Source: a virus
Taxonomy: Duplodnaviria; Caudoviricetes
DNA: 64,000 bases
Virus record (IMG/VR): IMGVR_UViG_3300020190_000004
Direction: 5' to 3' (one strand)
Positions 9,590 to 19,589 of this stretch are shown one piece after another. The notes beneath the pieces were generated by a model. The model saw only the letters and a list, made by a program, of their open reading frames with translations, was not told the origin of the DNA and ran no database searches. Every line of letters begins with the position of its first letter. Within the stretch, counting starts at the first letter, position 1. The translations under genes were made by a program, and so were the position numbers.

Positions 9590-10483
9590 TTAGTAATTTA
9601 TTTTTTTGTAATCTGCAATGTCTTTTAGTTCGGCTGTAGGTAATACTTCAATTTTCTTTAGTATTACGTTTCTTACGTTTGCTAAATCATTAATTTCTTT
9701 TTCTGAAAGACCTGCAATAGTATAAGTTTCGCCAACAGAAAAACCAAGAGTAGAAAGCTTTTTTGCACTGTCGAGAGATTCCCAATACTTGCTATCTAAT
9801 GGCTGATTTGTATTAAATGTTGCAACACAATTATCCCAAAGAGTTTTTGCGTCTATTGGGGAAGTTTTTTCAATTACGCAGCTTTCGCCACTAGTATAAA
9901 CAGCAGCAATTGAATACTTTCCTGACATAGCGTCAGGTGGAGTGTTTTCTTTAAGTTTCTTAAATTGTTCAGGCTTGTCTTTATCCATGGTAGAAGATAA
10001 GCCATTTGAAAAAAGAATACTTAATATCTGATTAATTTTAATTGCAGACATACTTAATACACCAGAAAAACCAGCCTTTTTAGAAGCTTTTACTGATATC
10101 TTTTCATCTCCTTTACTTACGTCAGAAAAAATCGAATCAGCGCCTGCTGCTCCAACAGCCGTAGGATTAGTTTGTTGCCCGCCTAATACTTTTTCAACTA
10201 TATGTTCAGCTATTGTTGAAGTTCTAATTCCACCTACTGCTGTATCTTTAGCGTTTGTTCCAAGATTTGTAACAAACGTATGAAAAAAGTTTGCTTCATT
10301 CAAAAGAGGCCCGTCATCAGCAGCAAACTTCTTATCTTTCAAGATATCACTATAAGAAATTGTTGCCCCAGCCTTAGCACCGCTTGATCCTATATACTGT
10401 GTTAAGAACTGAAAAATGTTTTGTGCATTAACAGATTCATTAACAGATTCATTCAAGAAAGATTCGTAATCTAGAAGACCCAT
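9590..10483 (-). CDS. Putative internal head protein
   Basis: MGLLDYESFLNESVNE. Confidence 0.55.
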   Translation of the reverse strand: MGLLDYESFLNESVNESVNAQNIFQFLTQYIGSSGAKAGATISYSDILKDKKFAADDGPLLNEANFFHTFVTNLGTNAKDTAVGGIRTSTIAEHIVEKVLGGQQTNPTAVGAAGADSIFSDVSKGDEKISVKASKKAGFSGVLSMSAIKINQILSILFSNGLSSTMDKDKPEQFKKLKENTPPDAMSGKYSIAAVYTSGESCVIEKTSPIDAKTLWDNCVATFNTNQPLDSKYWESLDSAKKLSTLGFSVGETYTIAGLSEKEINDLANVRNVILKKIEVLPTAELKDIADYKKINY

Positions 10484-10545
10484 AGTATGTTTTTATATTT
10501 TCTTATTGGGTAACCAATATAATTTGTTTTAAAGTTTTTCTAATG

Positions 10546-10770
10546 TCATTCTGTTGCATTACCGTCGTTATCAATGTAACCCATTATGTTACTCTTGCTA
10601 ACGGCGCGAAGTTCGTAATCAATAGTCATTCCACGAAAGTACTCTCGAACTTTACGTTGAGATTCTTCCATAGTTTCTGCTCTTACTAAGAAAGTTTCAG
10701 ACTTACTGCGAATCTTTCCAGTTTCCATGTCCTCCTCAGAGGTTTTTACTCTTACAGCCCAATGTGCCAT
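10546..10770 (-). CDS. DUF4494-like small protein
   Basis: SETFLVRAETMEESQRKVREY...YELRAVSKSNI. Confidence 0.5.
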   Translation of the reverse strand: MAHWAVRVKTSEEDMETGKIRSKSETFLVRAETMEESQRKVREYFRGMTIDYELRAVSKSNIMGYIDNDGNATE

Positions 10771-10811
10771 GTATACTGTGTTTTATAGTTTATATTTTCA
10801 GAGTATATATC

Positions 10812-11273
10812 TCACTTGTAGTCTGGGGACTTGACTTTCTTGCCTTTATCTGGTCCACCTTCTCGGGGTATCATGCCTTGCGCGATCAATGAGACTCTTA
10901 TACCGAATGGTATGTCTTTACCGTCTTCGTATTCCTTTTGATACTTCTTAAGAGTATCTTCATCATAAGGAGATTCTTTTTCGTCAAGTAAGTCTTCTCG
11001 ACCAAGCTGCTTGTACACCTCTTTACGAACTTTTTCCATTTTCTCTGCGTATTCAGGATCATCATTGCGGTTAAAGACGACCTGCTGTGTAAGACTACCG
11101 CTAATCTTTTTAAGATCTTTTTTACGAGTCTTAATTAGCCAAGCAGCAAGATCCTCAATGCCTAAATCTCTAAAACGTCCTTCTGCATCAGGTGCATCGC
11201 TATCTTTCCATTCAGGGGCGCCTGCAGGTTTCTTTTCATACAGCCACTGTTCAAAAAGTTTTAAGTGTTTCAT
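10812..11273 (-). CDS. Putative internal head protein
   Basis: MKHLKLFEQWLYE. Confidence 0.6.
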   Translation of the reverse strand: MKHLKLFEQWLYEKKPAGAPEWKDSDAPDAEGRFRDLGIEDLAAWLIKTRKKDLKKISGSLTQQVVFNRNDDPEYAEKMEKVRKEVYKQLGREDLLDEKESPYDEDTLKKYQKEYEDGKDIPFGIRVSLIAQGMIPREGGPDKGKKVKSPDYK

Positions 11274-11291
11274 AGGAGTTGCGCTTTCATG

Positions 11292-12098
11292 TTACAATTC
11301 TTTGTTTACGTCGGTGCTGTATGGTTTTGTCAGATCAATCTCACCATTAGCTAACATTCGTTTTACTTTCTCAACTTCGTCCGGCCCAATTACAGGCATT
11401 TCTACTCGTGCTGGGGCCCCTGGCATGATTTGCTTAGGCAACGCGTCAGCGTTTTTCATCATAATCTCTTTACCCTTTTCGTAGTCCCCACCTGCTCCTG
11501 GCATATTACTCAAGCTTTCTTTAACTTGCTCAGGTGTAATAGGAAACTTTCCTTGAATTCCGTTCTCTAAAAAGTTATCCAAAAGATTTCCAATGTTTCT
11601 TCCGGTAAAATCTTTAATGTCTCCGTCTCCGTAGTTACCACCGCGATTAAACATACCAACGGTAATTGTGTTTAATGCAGATACTAAGGATACTCCAGGT
11701 AAGTCAATTTGTGTTGCTTCAACTTTTCCGCTTGGATCGCAAAGAAATGTAGCAGCCCAACGATGATGACCATCCATAATAAAATTGTCTTTAGAAACGA
11801 TTGAACCTAAATCACCACCAATTTTTGCAGGTTTTGTGTTTAGCATTGTTCCAATAGCCATTCCAATAGCCTTTTCCGCGATAATCTCTGTTTGGGCAGC
11901 TTGAAGATTTTTAACAGGAACGCTTACTTTCTTCCCAGCAACTGCATCATCTCTCTTATCACCGTCTTTACCACCTCTGCCAATTGAGGCATCAGCAGCT
12001 TTCTTGTTAACTTTACTTAAAGGAATAACATCACCTCTTCCATGAATCTCCATCGAATCTTCTAGGATGTAACTTTCAAATGTTTTAACGTATTTCAT
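11292..12098 (-). CDS. ParB/Srx-like domain protein with capsid-targeting-like N-terminus
   Basis: IVSKDNFIMDGHHRWAA; N-terminus MKYVKTFESYILE. Confidence 0.65.
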   Translation of the reverse strand: MKYVKTFESYILEDSMEIHGRGDVIPLSKVNKKAADASIGRGGKDGDKRDDAVAGKKVSVPVKNLQAAQTEIIAEKAIGMAIGTMLNTKPAKIGGDLGSIVSKDNFIMDGHHRWAATFLCDPSGKVEATQIDLPGVSLVSALNTITVGMFNRGGNYGDGDIKDFTGRNIGNLLDNFLENGIQGKFPITPEQVKESLSNMPGAGGDYEKGKEIMMKNADALPKQIMPGAPARVEMPVIGPDEVEKVKRMLANGEIDLTKPYSTDVNKEL

Positions 12099-12147
12099 AA
12101 TTTTTATTTATTCAGGTATTCCTACTAGGACTTTAGTTTTAAGTGTT

Positions 12148-12972
12148 TCATTTAAGTAAACTCCAGTACTCGTTAAAGTGTTTAATTCTATCGTCAAGGC
12201 CGTTGGTTCCACCATTCACACGCTTTGTAACAGCGGTGATATCTGCTACTGTTGCACCTCTATCACAAATAGACCAAAGTTTATTGTTGTTAAAGAAAAA
12301 GGCAGCAGAAGCAAGCGGGTATTTTGTTGCTACCAAATCAGGATTAGAAACACAATCTTCTCCGATGAATTTTGTAAAGGACTCGTAATTGCTTTTACCA
12401 GTCAGTTGTATATAACCTCTACCGCGAAACTTATACCCGTCTCGTGATTTTTCATCGCCATTTCCCATTCTGTTGGCATAAACTCGTGAAGCTATCTTCT
12501 CAGGTTGTTTTGCGTATAAGTCAGCAAGGTTTCCCGGGAAGTACTTGCCAAAAGTTGCTTGTAAACCTTTAGAAGAATAGTTTAAGTTTTCACTAGTTGC
12601 CTTAAAGTTTCCACTTTCATGAGCGCATTGTGACAAGAAGTGCGCAAGACGTAAATTAGTAGTAATTCCAAATTTAGCAGCAGTTTCAGGAATTTGCGCA
12701 AGAACCGCATCAGATATGTGACCTTTGAGTTCATTAATCTTTAGACCAGTTGATTCAGTAGATGTAAATGGCGGCAATTCCGGTGTACCAAACATTAACT
12801 TCCAACTGACATTGCCTGATGTAATTATTCCGTCTGGTGTTAAGCCATTTTTCTTTTGCCAAGCAATAACCGCTGTTTCAGTTTTTGGTCCAAACGAACC
12901 GTCTGCGGTTAAACCAAGTTTTTCTTGTAAGAGTTTAACATCGCCTCCTGTAGATCCTTTCTTAATTAACAT
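12148..12972 (-). CDS. Endolysin: peptidoglycan-binding domain plus GH19 catalytic domain
   Basis: GSTGGDVKLLQEKL...FGPKTETAVIAWQ...LTPDG; RLAHFLSQCAHES, ENLNYS, FRGRGYIQLTGKSNY. Confidence 0.9.
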   Translation of the reverse strand: MLIKKGSTGGDVKLLQEKLGLTADGSFGPKTETAVIAWQKKNGLTPDGIITSGNVSWKLMFGTPELPPFTSTESTGLKINELKGHISDAVLAQIPETAAKFGITTNLRLAHFLSQCAHESGNFKATSENLNYSSKGLQATFGKYFPGNLADLYAKQPEKIASRVYANRMGNGDEKSRDGYKFRGRGYIQLTGKSNYESFTKFIGEDCVSNPDLVATKYPLASAAFFFNNNKLWSICDRGATVADITAVTKRVNGGTNGLDDRIKHFNEYWSLLK

Positions 12973-12984
12973 AGATTAGTGAGT

Positions 12985-13341
12985 TTATTTTGGTTGGCAA
13001 CGATCACAGTTACCGCAAGTGCAATCTTCGGGGCAATCACAAATTTGGTTTTCATGAGCACCGTTTTCCAATTTTGCGATTTCGATGTCCCCTGATACGT
13101 CTTTTGATTTTCTGTACCCAAGAAGAGCAGCACCGATGCCAACAAATATGATGGCTTGCGTTATGATATCAATGTCTTTTCCGATAAACATTTTGTCAAT
13201 GCAACCTAAGAAAAAGCATAGAGTTCCAACAGTACAAATAATTACGCCCATAGTTCCAGAGCCAGAAGTTTTACCGTTGGCATTTGATGTCATCTGCGCG
13301 ATGGAAAACTTTTCCAAACTTGCGATCATTTTTAGTTTCAT
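12985..13341 (-). CDS. Holin-like two-TM membrane protein
   Basis: SNANGKTSGSGTMG followed by two hydrophobic segments; directly upstream of the endolysin. Confidence 0.5.
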   Translation of the reverse strand: MKLKMIASLEKFSIAQMTSNANGKTSGSGTMGVIICTVGTLCFFLGCIDKMFIGKDIDIITQAIIFVGIGAALLGYRKSKDVSGDIEIAKLENGAHENQICDCPEDCTCGNCDRCQPK

Positions 13342-13449
13342 TTCATACAGAAGTTATTTTAGATGTTACAGCAAAGAATTTATTTTGCTTATGTATTCTT
13401 CTACAAATTTCTAAAATTTTTCTCTTCACTATGTTCTTTTTTAATTTGT

Positions 13450-14064
13450 TTATTTATCATTCAAAAAAGATAGTAAAAGTGATTCTAAGAATTCTTTGAG
13501 ATCTTGAGTTTTTTCTAAGTGAGGGCTAAGTAAAAGAACTTTGCCATTACCGCATCGATTCTTTATAATAGCTGGAGTTGTAGGCATGTCATGTAAACCG
13601 TCTGTATCAGGTATGTCATCCATGTAACGAGCAATAATGTCCACATTTTTCCACTGTTCAAACACCGGACCGTTAAAATAATCAACGTCACGATACTCCG
13701 ATCCTACTAGTATCTTAACAGTATGATGACCTCTTTTCCACCTGCGATGTATACTTACAGGTGAAATTCCAAGAGACCAAGAATATGTAGTTGATGCAAG
13801 ATATGCACCCGCGCAAACGCCTATGTAACGGCCTCCATTTTTAACCCATTCAGTGATCTTACTTAATCTTCTTTTTCCCAGAGTCCGGGCAAAGATGCTA
13901 GCAGAACCCCCAGGGAAGAGTATTGCATCAGGGTTTCCTTGAAGAATGTCTTTTGCTGAAACATAATGAACTTGTGCGTGTGGCAAGTAACTTTCAAAAA
14001 AATCTTGCCATATCAACGGAGTAGATACTCTTACACCGTGATCACTGTAAACGTTTATCTGCAT
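13450..14064 (-). CDS. BPL-N/class I glutamine amidotransferase-like protein
   Basis: LFPGGSA, GGRYIGVCAGAY, LLSPHLE (Cys-His-Glu). Confidence 0.75.
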   Translation of the reverse strand: MQINVYSDHGVRVSTPLIWQDFFESYLPHAQVHYVSAKDILQGNPDAILFPGGSASIFARTLGKRRLSKITEWVKNGGRYIGVCAGAYLASTTYSWSLGISPVSIHRRWKRGHHTVKILVGSEYRDVDYFNGPVFEQWKNVDIIARYMDDIPDTDGLHDMPTTPAIIKNRCGNGKVLLLSPHLEKTQDLKEFLESLLLSFLNDK

Positions 14065-14075
14065 TAAAGTTTTTT

Positions 14076-14267
14076 TTAATACCTTTGGACAGTAGAACGA
14101 TTGATTTGATCACTGCCGTCTTTCTCTTGGTCGTATTCTTTGCCAGGTTCATTTGTGTCTATGGAAAAGACTTCTTTTCCATGTGCGTACTTTTTGCCTT
14201 TTTTCATAACATGCTTGTCATGCAAGTCACCTATGAATTCTTCAAATGTTTTTATAGGTTTTTTCAT
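14076..14267 (-). CDS. Small putative internal head protein
   Basis: MKKPIKTFEEFIGD. Confidence 0.55.
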   Translation of the reverse strand: MKKPIKTFEEFIGDLHDKHVMKKGKKYAHGKEVFSIDTNEPGKEYDQEKDGSDQINRSTVQRY

Positions 14268-14455
14268 ATTCCTCCAAACGGATAAGCAGCAGTAGCTGTC
14301 TCTTCATCGTCACCGTAGTAAGTAGGATTTTGCGTATCAGGGTCTAAGAACAGCTCGTCACCGTCTTTCTCTTCTTCGCGATCAGCGAGTTTTCTGAGTT
14401 TTCTTGTCTCCAAGTCGCCGATAAAATCTTCAAACGTAGGTACTCGTTTTTTCAT
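14264..14455 (-). CDS. Small putative internal head protein
   Basis: MKKRVPTFEDFIGD; GATATATA at 14460-14467. Confidence 0.55.
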   Translation of the reverse strand: MKKRVPTFEDFIGDLETRKLRKLADREEEKDGDELFLDPDTQNPTYYGDDEETATAAYPFGGI

Positions 14456-14470
14456 ATAGTATATATCGCT

Positions 14471-14497
14471 AAAAAACCTCTGCTACAGCAGAGGTTT
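14471..14497 (-). terminator. Rho-independent terminator
   Basis: AAACCTCTGCTGTAGCAGAGGTTTTTT. Confidence 0.75.
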
Positions 14498-14519
14498 CAG
14501 GGCAACACTTAATCAAGAT

Positions 14520-15653
14520 TTAGTTCATTGCAGCCAATCGTGGATAATCAATATGCACGCTAGTAGCAATGTCCTCCAAATCAAGTTCTTTCTTAAAGAG
14601 AATGTTAGAAGCTTGTAATTGTAGTTCACGACGGTGTTCGCGGTCCATTCTAACATCTTGTGGGTGGGAAGCGATGTAGGTTAGCATGTTAAAGAAATCA
14701 TAAGCGTTGATTCCGGTGTTAGCAGTAGTTTTCCATTTGCGTGATTTCTCAGCAATGTTTAGACCGTATGCTTTGTAGAAGTATTGATCATTAAAGAAAC
14801 GGTGAATAAGAGCATCGTATTTTTCGTTTTCATTACGAGCTTCAAAGAATTTGCGGAATTGCTCAAACTCAGCAATAGAAACGTTGTTATTCTTAAGGTG
14901 TTGAACCGCCTGAGAAAGTTGTTCAGGCAGACCTTCATTAGCAAACATCAAGTTTTTCTCGATGACGCTTTGAATTCTCTTGTTGTTGAATTTTGCATGT
15001 GCAATGTTAGCGCCAAACCCATACTGATAAGCAGTGTTTCCGTTTGAGCAAACTAAGCGCTCAAAGAATGGGGCGTAGTCAAAGCGCAAACCGCTGAATG
15101 TAAAACGATCACCCGTCTTCCAAACATCAAGGTCAGTACCAAATACATCTACGCGATCAGTTTCGTTAAGAAGTACTAAGTCAAACATGTCAGTTTGAGA
15201 ATTAAAGTTTAAAGACTTAAGCGAGTAATCTGTCTCCGAATTTGTGAGGGATTCTTTTATCCAATTAAAGTATTGTGGAATGCTTGCATCATCAGACACC
15301 TTTTTAGATTCGTTGTGTTTGTAGACATGAACAATCTCTTCGTTACCTTGGTCATCTTTAACCACTTTAGCAAAAAGTTTAGTTTCAGCTTCAGCAGATT
15401 TAAGTTTCTTAGAGACCATGTCCCAATCTTGAGGTGCCATTTTGTTAGCAAACTCGGTAAAGTTGTTACGAACTTTAAGAGTTGACATAACAGTTCCAAA
15501 TGCTTTGCCGCGAATAGGCATTTCATTTAAGTAGATCCCATTATCAATGTCAAGATCTTTAATTTGGAACGTAGTTACCTCGCGGTCTACCATTCGCTCA
15601 AGAATAGGGTTTACCTGCTCTTCGATTTTTTGGATTGTTTCCTGATTATTCAT
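14520..15653 (-). CDS. DUF932-like protein
   Basis: PFFERLVCSNG motif; AGAACT-type promoter upstream. Confidence 0.55.
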   Translation of the reverse strand: MNNQETIQKIEEQVNPILERMVDREVTTFQIKDLDIDNGIYLNEMPIRGKAFGTVMSTLKVRNNFTEFANKMAPQDWDMVSKKLKSAEAETKLFAKVVKDDQGNEEIVHVYKHNESKKVSDDASIPQYFNWIKESLTNSETDYSLKSLNFNSQTDMFDLVLLNETDRVDVFGTDLDVWKTGDRFTFSGLRFDYAPFFERLVCSNGNTAYQYGFGANIAHAKFNNKRIQSVIEKNLMFANEGLPEQLSQAVQHLKNNNVSIAEFEQFRKFFEARNENEKYDALIHRFFNDQYFYKAYGLNIAEKSRKWKTTANTGINAYDFFNMLTYIASHPQDVRMDREHRRELQLQASNILFKKELDLEDIATSVHIDYPRLAAMN

Positions 15654-15673
15654 GTGTTTTTGCTTTATATGGT

Positions 15674-15701
15674 TTTATATTCAATGGAGTTAAAAAGTTC
15701 T
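15674..15701 (-). promoter_or_regulatory. AGAACT-N15/16-TATAA promoter (ECF-like)
   Basis: AGAACTTTTTAACTCCATTGAATATAA; same spacing at six or more other sites. Confidence 0.6.
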
Positions 15702-15709
15702 TAGATGGG

Positions 15710-16249
15710 TTAGAATGAGGGTGAAAAGTTATAGACTTTAATCGCATAATCATTAACACAAGGGCGCCCGGTATTATAGCAACCAAATACAGTCTTCCAA
15801 TCACCGTATCTGTTATGAAGAGTACGAAGTAATTTCATACTTGTGCGAACATTAAACTCAATGTCACTTAGTAGCATTTCACGAGTAACAGTGCGATCTT
15901 TCCAACTTTCTTTTCCAGTAGTTGGCATGATTTGCATAGGACCGACTGCTCCAGCACAAGAAACTTGATGTGGGTTATATGACCATTGGTATGGCCCTTC
16001 ATAGCGAGTTTCTGCGTAAGCAACTCCAAAAGCATAGTTAATTGGAACTTCATATTCATTCGCATACTTTTGAATGTAGTACGCCATTTGAATAGACGGA
16101 GGACTATTCTTGTCAACAACAGTAAGCGGAGGAAGATTTAGCGAGGTTTCTTTTTTCACCTTGGTGCTATCATTGAAGTCGGCAAGCATTACGGCAGTAC
16201 ATAAAAAGATGACCGCCGCGGACGTTAAGATTTGAAACACAGGTTTCAT
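15710..16249 (-). CDS. Lytic transglycosylase (SLT) with N-terminal TM/signal
   Basis: AYAETRY, GAVGPMQIMP, YNTG motifs. Confidence 0.85.
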   Translation of the reverse strand: MKPVFQILTSAAVIFLCTAVMLADFNDSTKVKKETSLNLPPLTVVDKNSPPSIQMAYYIQKYANEYEVPINYAFGVAYAETRYEGPYQWSYNPHQVSCAGAVGPMQIMPTTGKESWKDRTVTREMLLSDIEFNVRTSMKLLRTLHNRYGDWKTVFGCYNTGRPCVNDYAIKVYNFSPSF

Positions 16250-16569
16250 TATTTCCCGGCGTTAGCAGTGTACAATCTCCCGGCGTACATATTGAAAATA
16301 GCAAGACCTACTGAGTCTTGGTATGTCATATATTCACCAGTCTTGCGGTCAATGATAAGTACTTCGTTTCTTTCATTGACTGCGATAGATACATCTTTCA
16401 GCTTGATCGACGGCTGAATTTGCATTGTGGGTTTTGTAGACTCAGGAGAATTCTTGAACTTGCCGTAGTAATAAGAACCTACGATTGCGATTGCTACTAA
16501 GGCTGAGATTGTTAAAACTCGCCCAGACTTTTGTAAGACTGTGCTTACTTTTTCGTTAAGTGTTTCCAT
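16249..16569 (-). CDS. Membrane-anchored hypothetical protein
   Basis: One TM segment; coupled to the SLT gene. Confidence 0.55.
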   Translation of the reverse strand: METLNEKVSTVLQKSGRVLTISALVAIAIVGSYYYGKFKNSPESTKPTMQIQPSIKLKDVSIAVNERNEVLIIDRKTGEYMTYQDSVGLAIFNMYAGRLYTANAGK

Positions 16570-16594
16570 GATGATTAAATTTACAGATTTATGA

Positions 16595-16975
16595 TTATTT
16601 ACTAACTGAGTTGCGACGGATGTATCTGCCTATTTCACCGTCATTAGGCATTGATTGAAATTCCTCAGCGGATACTATGATATCCTGAAAGTGGTTGTCT
16701 AAAATTGCTTTAAACTCAGGGTATCTCTCAAAAAGCTGTTCTTGGTTTAAGTGAGAATAAGATGTTTCTTCGTAAGAACCCCACTCGGTAAGTACATGAT
16801 ACATGGGTAAACCATGATCTTGCCAACCTGACTTTAAGATTTTTACTGAGAACGGTTCTTCATTAGTTGGACAGAGAGTCCAGGCAACTTGAGAAATTCC
16901 TTTCTCAAATTCGATTGTTAGTTCCCTTTCGGTAACCGTGCCATCTTGATGACTTACTTTCTCGTTTACTTTCAT
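16595..16975 (-). CDS. Hypothetical protein
   Basis: 126 aa; AGAACT-N15-TATATAA at 16993-17020. Confidence 0.55.
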   Translation of the reverse strand: MKVNEKVSHQDGTVTERELTIEFEKGISQVAWTLCPTNEEPFSVKILKSGWQDHGLPMYHVLTEWGSYEETSYSHLNQEQLFERYPEFKAILDNHFQDIIVSAEEFQSMPNDGEIGRYIRRNSVSK

Positions 16976-17000
16976 GATTGGTTAATTTATGATTATATAC

Positions 17001-17255
17001 TTACTTGTGAAAATAGTTCTTAGCATCAACGACAAGAACATCAATGGTGTCTCCAACTTCTACGCTGGTTCTGCTTGTGAGTTTGTAACCGCAGTCAGTG
17101 GAGATTGTGTAATACTTACCATCAGGTATAAAAGAGTACTTGTCTTTAGCAGTCACCTCAGTAACTACGCAACGATGAATAACGCCTTCGGGTTGTTTTA
17201 CTGAGCATGAAACTAAAGCAGCAACAGCAAAAATGGATAGAAATAGTTTTCTCAT
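17001..17255 (-). CDS. Putative lipoprotein
   Basis: MRKLFLSIFAVAALVSC lipobox. Confidence 0.6.
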   Translation of the reverse strand: MRKLFLSIFAVAALVSCSVKQPEGVIHRCVVTEVTAKDKYSFIPDGKYYTISTDCGYKLTSRTSVEVGDTIDVLVVDAKNYFHK

Positions 17256-17333
17256 ATTGATTATTTAATTATGGTATAAAATTAACCAATAGTTTTGACT
17301 AATGCAAACTTTTGTTTGCAAAGTTATTAACAA
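17256..17333 (-). promoter_or_regulatory. Conserved ~78-bp upstream element, copy 1 (putative early promoter)
   Basis: TTGTTAATAACT..AAAGTTT..GGTTAATTTTATACCATAATTAAATAATCAAT-ATG; recurs at 36821 and 52844. Confidence 0.65.
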
Positions 17334-17334
17334 T

Positions 17335-17934
17335 TTATCTTTTATGAAATAAAACATCATAATAAGGACTTCCATGGCGCCAGTTAGTACCTATTGCCTC
17401 GTGTTTATATCCTAAATATGTTAACTTTTGTATGCACTCAAATGTTTTAATTCTTAAAGCAGGATCTAAAAAGTCATGGAATTCTACTGTGTATTGGTCA
17501 GGTTTCTTTAGAGTTTCATTGTCGGCTAGTATAAACATATCCCATTCAGCGCCTTCAATATCAACTTTAACTAAGTCTATTTTATCAAACTTATCAAAAA
17601 TTTGTTTAAGAGTGTAGCCTTTAACTGTATGAGGTACTCCAGAAAAGTAATTTACTGTTGCTGAACCTCCTTGAGTTGAGTTTACATCTTCATAAAAAGT
17701 GACAGTATCAACTTCTTTACCGACAACAGCTCCTAGTACTTTTTCCGAGCGACCTTCAATTGGCACAATAACATTAAAGTTTCTGTCAAGCGGTTCTATC
17801 ATAAAAGAATAACCGTCTGGGTATTCTTTTAAAAAGTGCGCTGTGAATTCTCCCGTACAAGCACCTAAGTCAACAAGCACAGGTTTTTCTCCTAAGTCAG
17901 AATAATATGTATGTTCAAAATATCTTACCTTCAT
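17335..17934 (-). CDS. FkbM-family methyltransferase
   Basis: VDLGACTGEF, IEP, IDLVKVDIEGAE, VEFH; start re-assigned to the ATGA overlap at 17934. Confidence 0.85.
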   Translation of the reverse strand: MKVRYFEHTYYSDLGEKPVLVDLGACTGEFTAHFLKEYPDGYSFMIEPLDRNFNVIVPIEGRSEKVLGAVVGKEVDTVTFYEDVNSTQGGSATVNYFSGVPHTVKGYTLKQIFDKFDKIDLVKVDIEGAEWDMFILADNETLKKPDQYTVEFHDFLDPALRIKTFECIQKLTYLGYKHEAIGTNWRHGSPYYDVLFHKR

Positions 17935-19589
17935 GACCATAGATTTAGTGCATCTGCCCAAGTACCTTTGTAAACTTTGCAGATTTCTGGGTTTCTTAAA
18001 TATGCAACTGTTAAAAATGATTGATCTTGGTCCATTAAATTCTGGCTTAAAGATTCTTCAATCAGTTCAGTATAAGATTTTTCAAACTGTAAGATAGCAT
18101 CGCGGTGACCCATCCATGAAGTTCCAATTATTCTAACGTTATGTCCTTTGTAAAAGCTCTCAAGATTTAAGTCAGATTCTTTAGGTTCTTCAACACATAT
18201 AAAGTGCATTTTATCGTTTGTAAAGCGATTCTTTTTCTTTGGGAATTTAGTACCTATTAAATCATATCTCTGATTCATATGATATACTCCAGCATCAAGC
18301 CACATATAGTGCTCAGTGTCAAAGTAATTCTTTTCTATTGCACGTTTTACAAACTGAATCTTTTCATGCATCAAGATGTTATATTCTGGTACGCATATTT
18401 GCGGATGATTCGGAACTGTTTGATCTTTCAAAAATTCTTCTGACTTCATAACTTCTCGGATTCTTTTACCGTATGTACGCTCAATGTAAAAGTCCTCAAC
18501 TTTCATTGGTATAATTTGAGTTAGAGTTTCTTTACCAACTCTCATCATCTCAATAAACTCAACGTCTTCCGGGTCAACATATATGACCATTGGAGTAGCA
18601 TAAGACAGTATGTTTTTCATCCATTCTTTGTATTGTTCAAACGGTCTCTCGAACCCTTTCCAATTGCTTCTCTTTAGATCATACAATGCTGTAACAACTG
18701 TTACATCTTTTTCTCGCCCAACAAGCTTTTCTTTCCAGGGTTGGAATCTGTCGTACTGATGAACGATTGGATATACTTCTCCGTTAGCTGTACATACAAG
18801 ATTCGTTGAATCCATGTAAGGAAGATCAACAAGCATGTTTTCTACGTAAGAGCCTTTACGGATTCTTTCATATGAGTTGTAAGGAGTTCTAGGTTCTGTG
18901 GACCAATCAGGCACATTCATAGGAAGCGCTATCATAGTCCCGCAATTTAACACCCATGGAGAATCTGCAGGAACGATCTTAGTTACTTTATTGTAAATGA
19001 AACGAATAGCAACATTATAAAAGTGTTGGTCAACAAAACCTCCAGGTTCAGCAGAATACCAGGATAGCTCAAGAATAGTTTCGAAGAGGGATAGAAGACC
19101 TTTCTTTGTTCCAGCAATAATACCCGAACATAAAGTTTCAGTATCAGCAAGTTTATCGTAAACCTCTTTACCGTATTGTTTTTGCATGCCATCGCCGTTC
19201 CAATCTTCGTGTCTGTATGTAACGCCTTCTGCGGTTGCCATGATTTCATAATGTTCTATGTTTTCTCTTAACCACTTATCAGGGTTTTCTTGAAAGATAA
19301 CATCACGTATGTCGGTGTGAATAACAAGATCCACGTCATTGCATAGCTCACTTTTTAGTATATGATCGTAGTCTTCAAACCTTTGTGTTGCTACATTATA
19401 CAAACCTCTAAAATTTGTTTGTAAAACATAGAAATCATTTTCTTTAAAGTATTCCATTAATTCTATGTTGTTGTCATATACAACAACAAACACTTTTCCG
19501 TTAAAGCCAGATTTCTTTAGACTTTCTACCCAAGGTTTAACGTCTTCAGGGCAATATCCTCCAGCCGCTGCTAATATAGCTGTCTTCAT
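17931..19589 (-). CDS. Two-domain glycosyltransferase (GT-A plus HtrL/WlaTC-like)
   Basis: HTDIRDVIFQ and DQHFYN in the N-terminal domain; VVTALYD...WLDAG...DQDQSFL in the C-terminal domain. Confidence 0.7.
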   Translation of the reverse strand: MKTAILAAAGGYCPEDVKPWVESLKKSGFNGKVFVVVYDNNIELMEYFKENDFYVLQTNFRGLYNVATQRFEDYDHILKSELCNDVDLVIHTDIRDVIFQENPDKWLRENIEHYEIMATAEGVTYRHEDWNGDGMQKQYGKEVYDKLADTETLCSGIIAGTKKGLLSLFETILELSWYSAEPGGFVDQHFYNVAIRFIYNKVTKIVPADSPWVLNCGTMIALPMNVPDWSTEPRTPYNSYERIRKGSYVENMLVDLPYMDSTNLVCTANGEVYPIVHQYDRFQPWKEKLVGREKDVTVVTALYDLKRSNWKGFERPFEQYKEWMKNILSYATPMVIYVDPEDVEFIEMMRVGKETLTQIIPMKVEDFYIERTYGKRIREVMKSEEFLKDQTVPNHPQICVPEYNILMHEKIQFVKRAIEKNYFDTEHYMWLDAGVYHMNQRYDLIGTKFPKKKNRFTNDKMHFICVEEPKESDLNLESFYKGHNVRIIGTSWMGHRDAILQFEKSYTELIEESLSQNLMDQDQSFLTVAYLRNPEICKVYKGTWADALNLWS

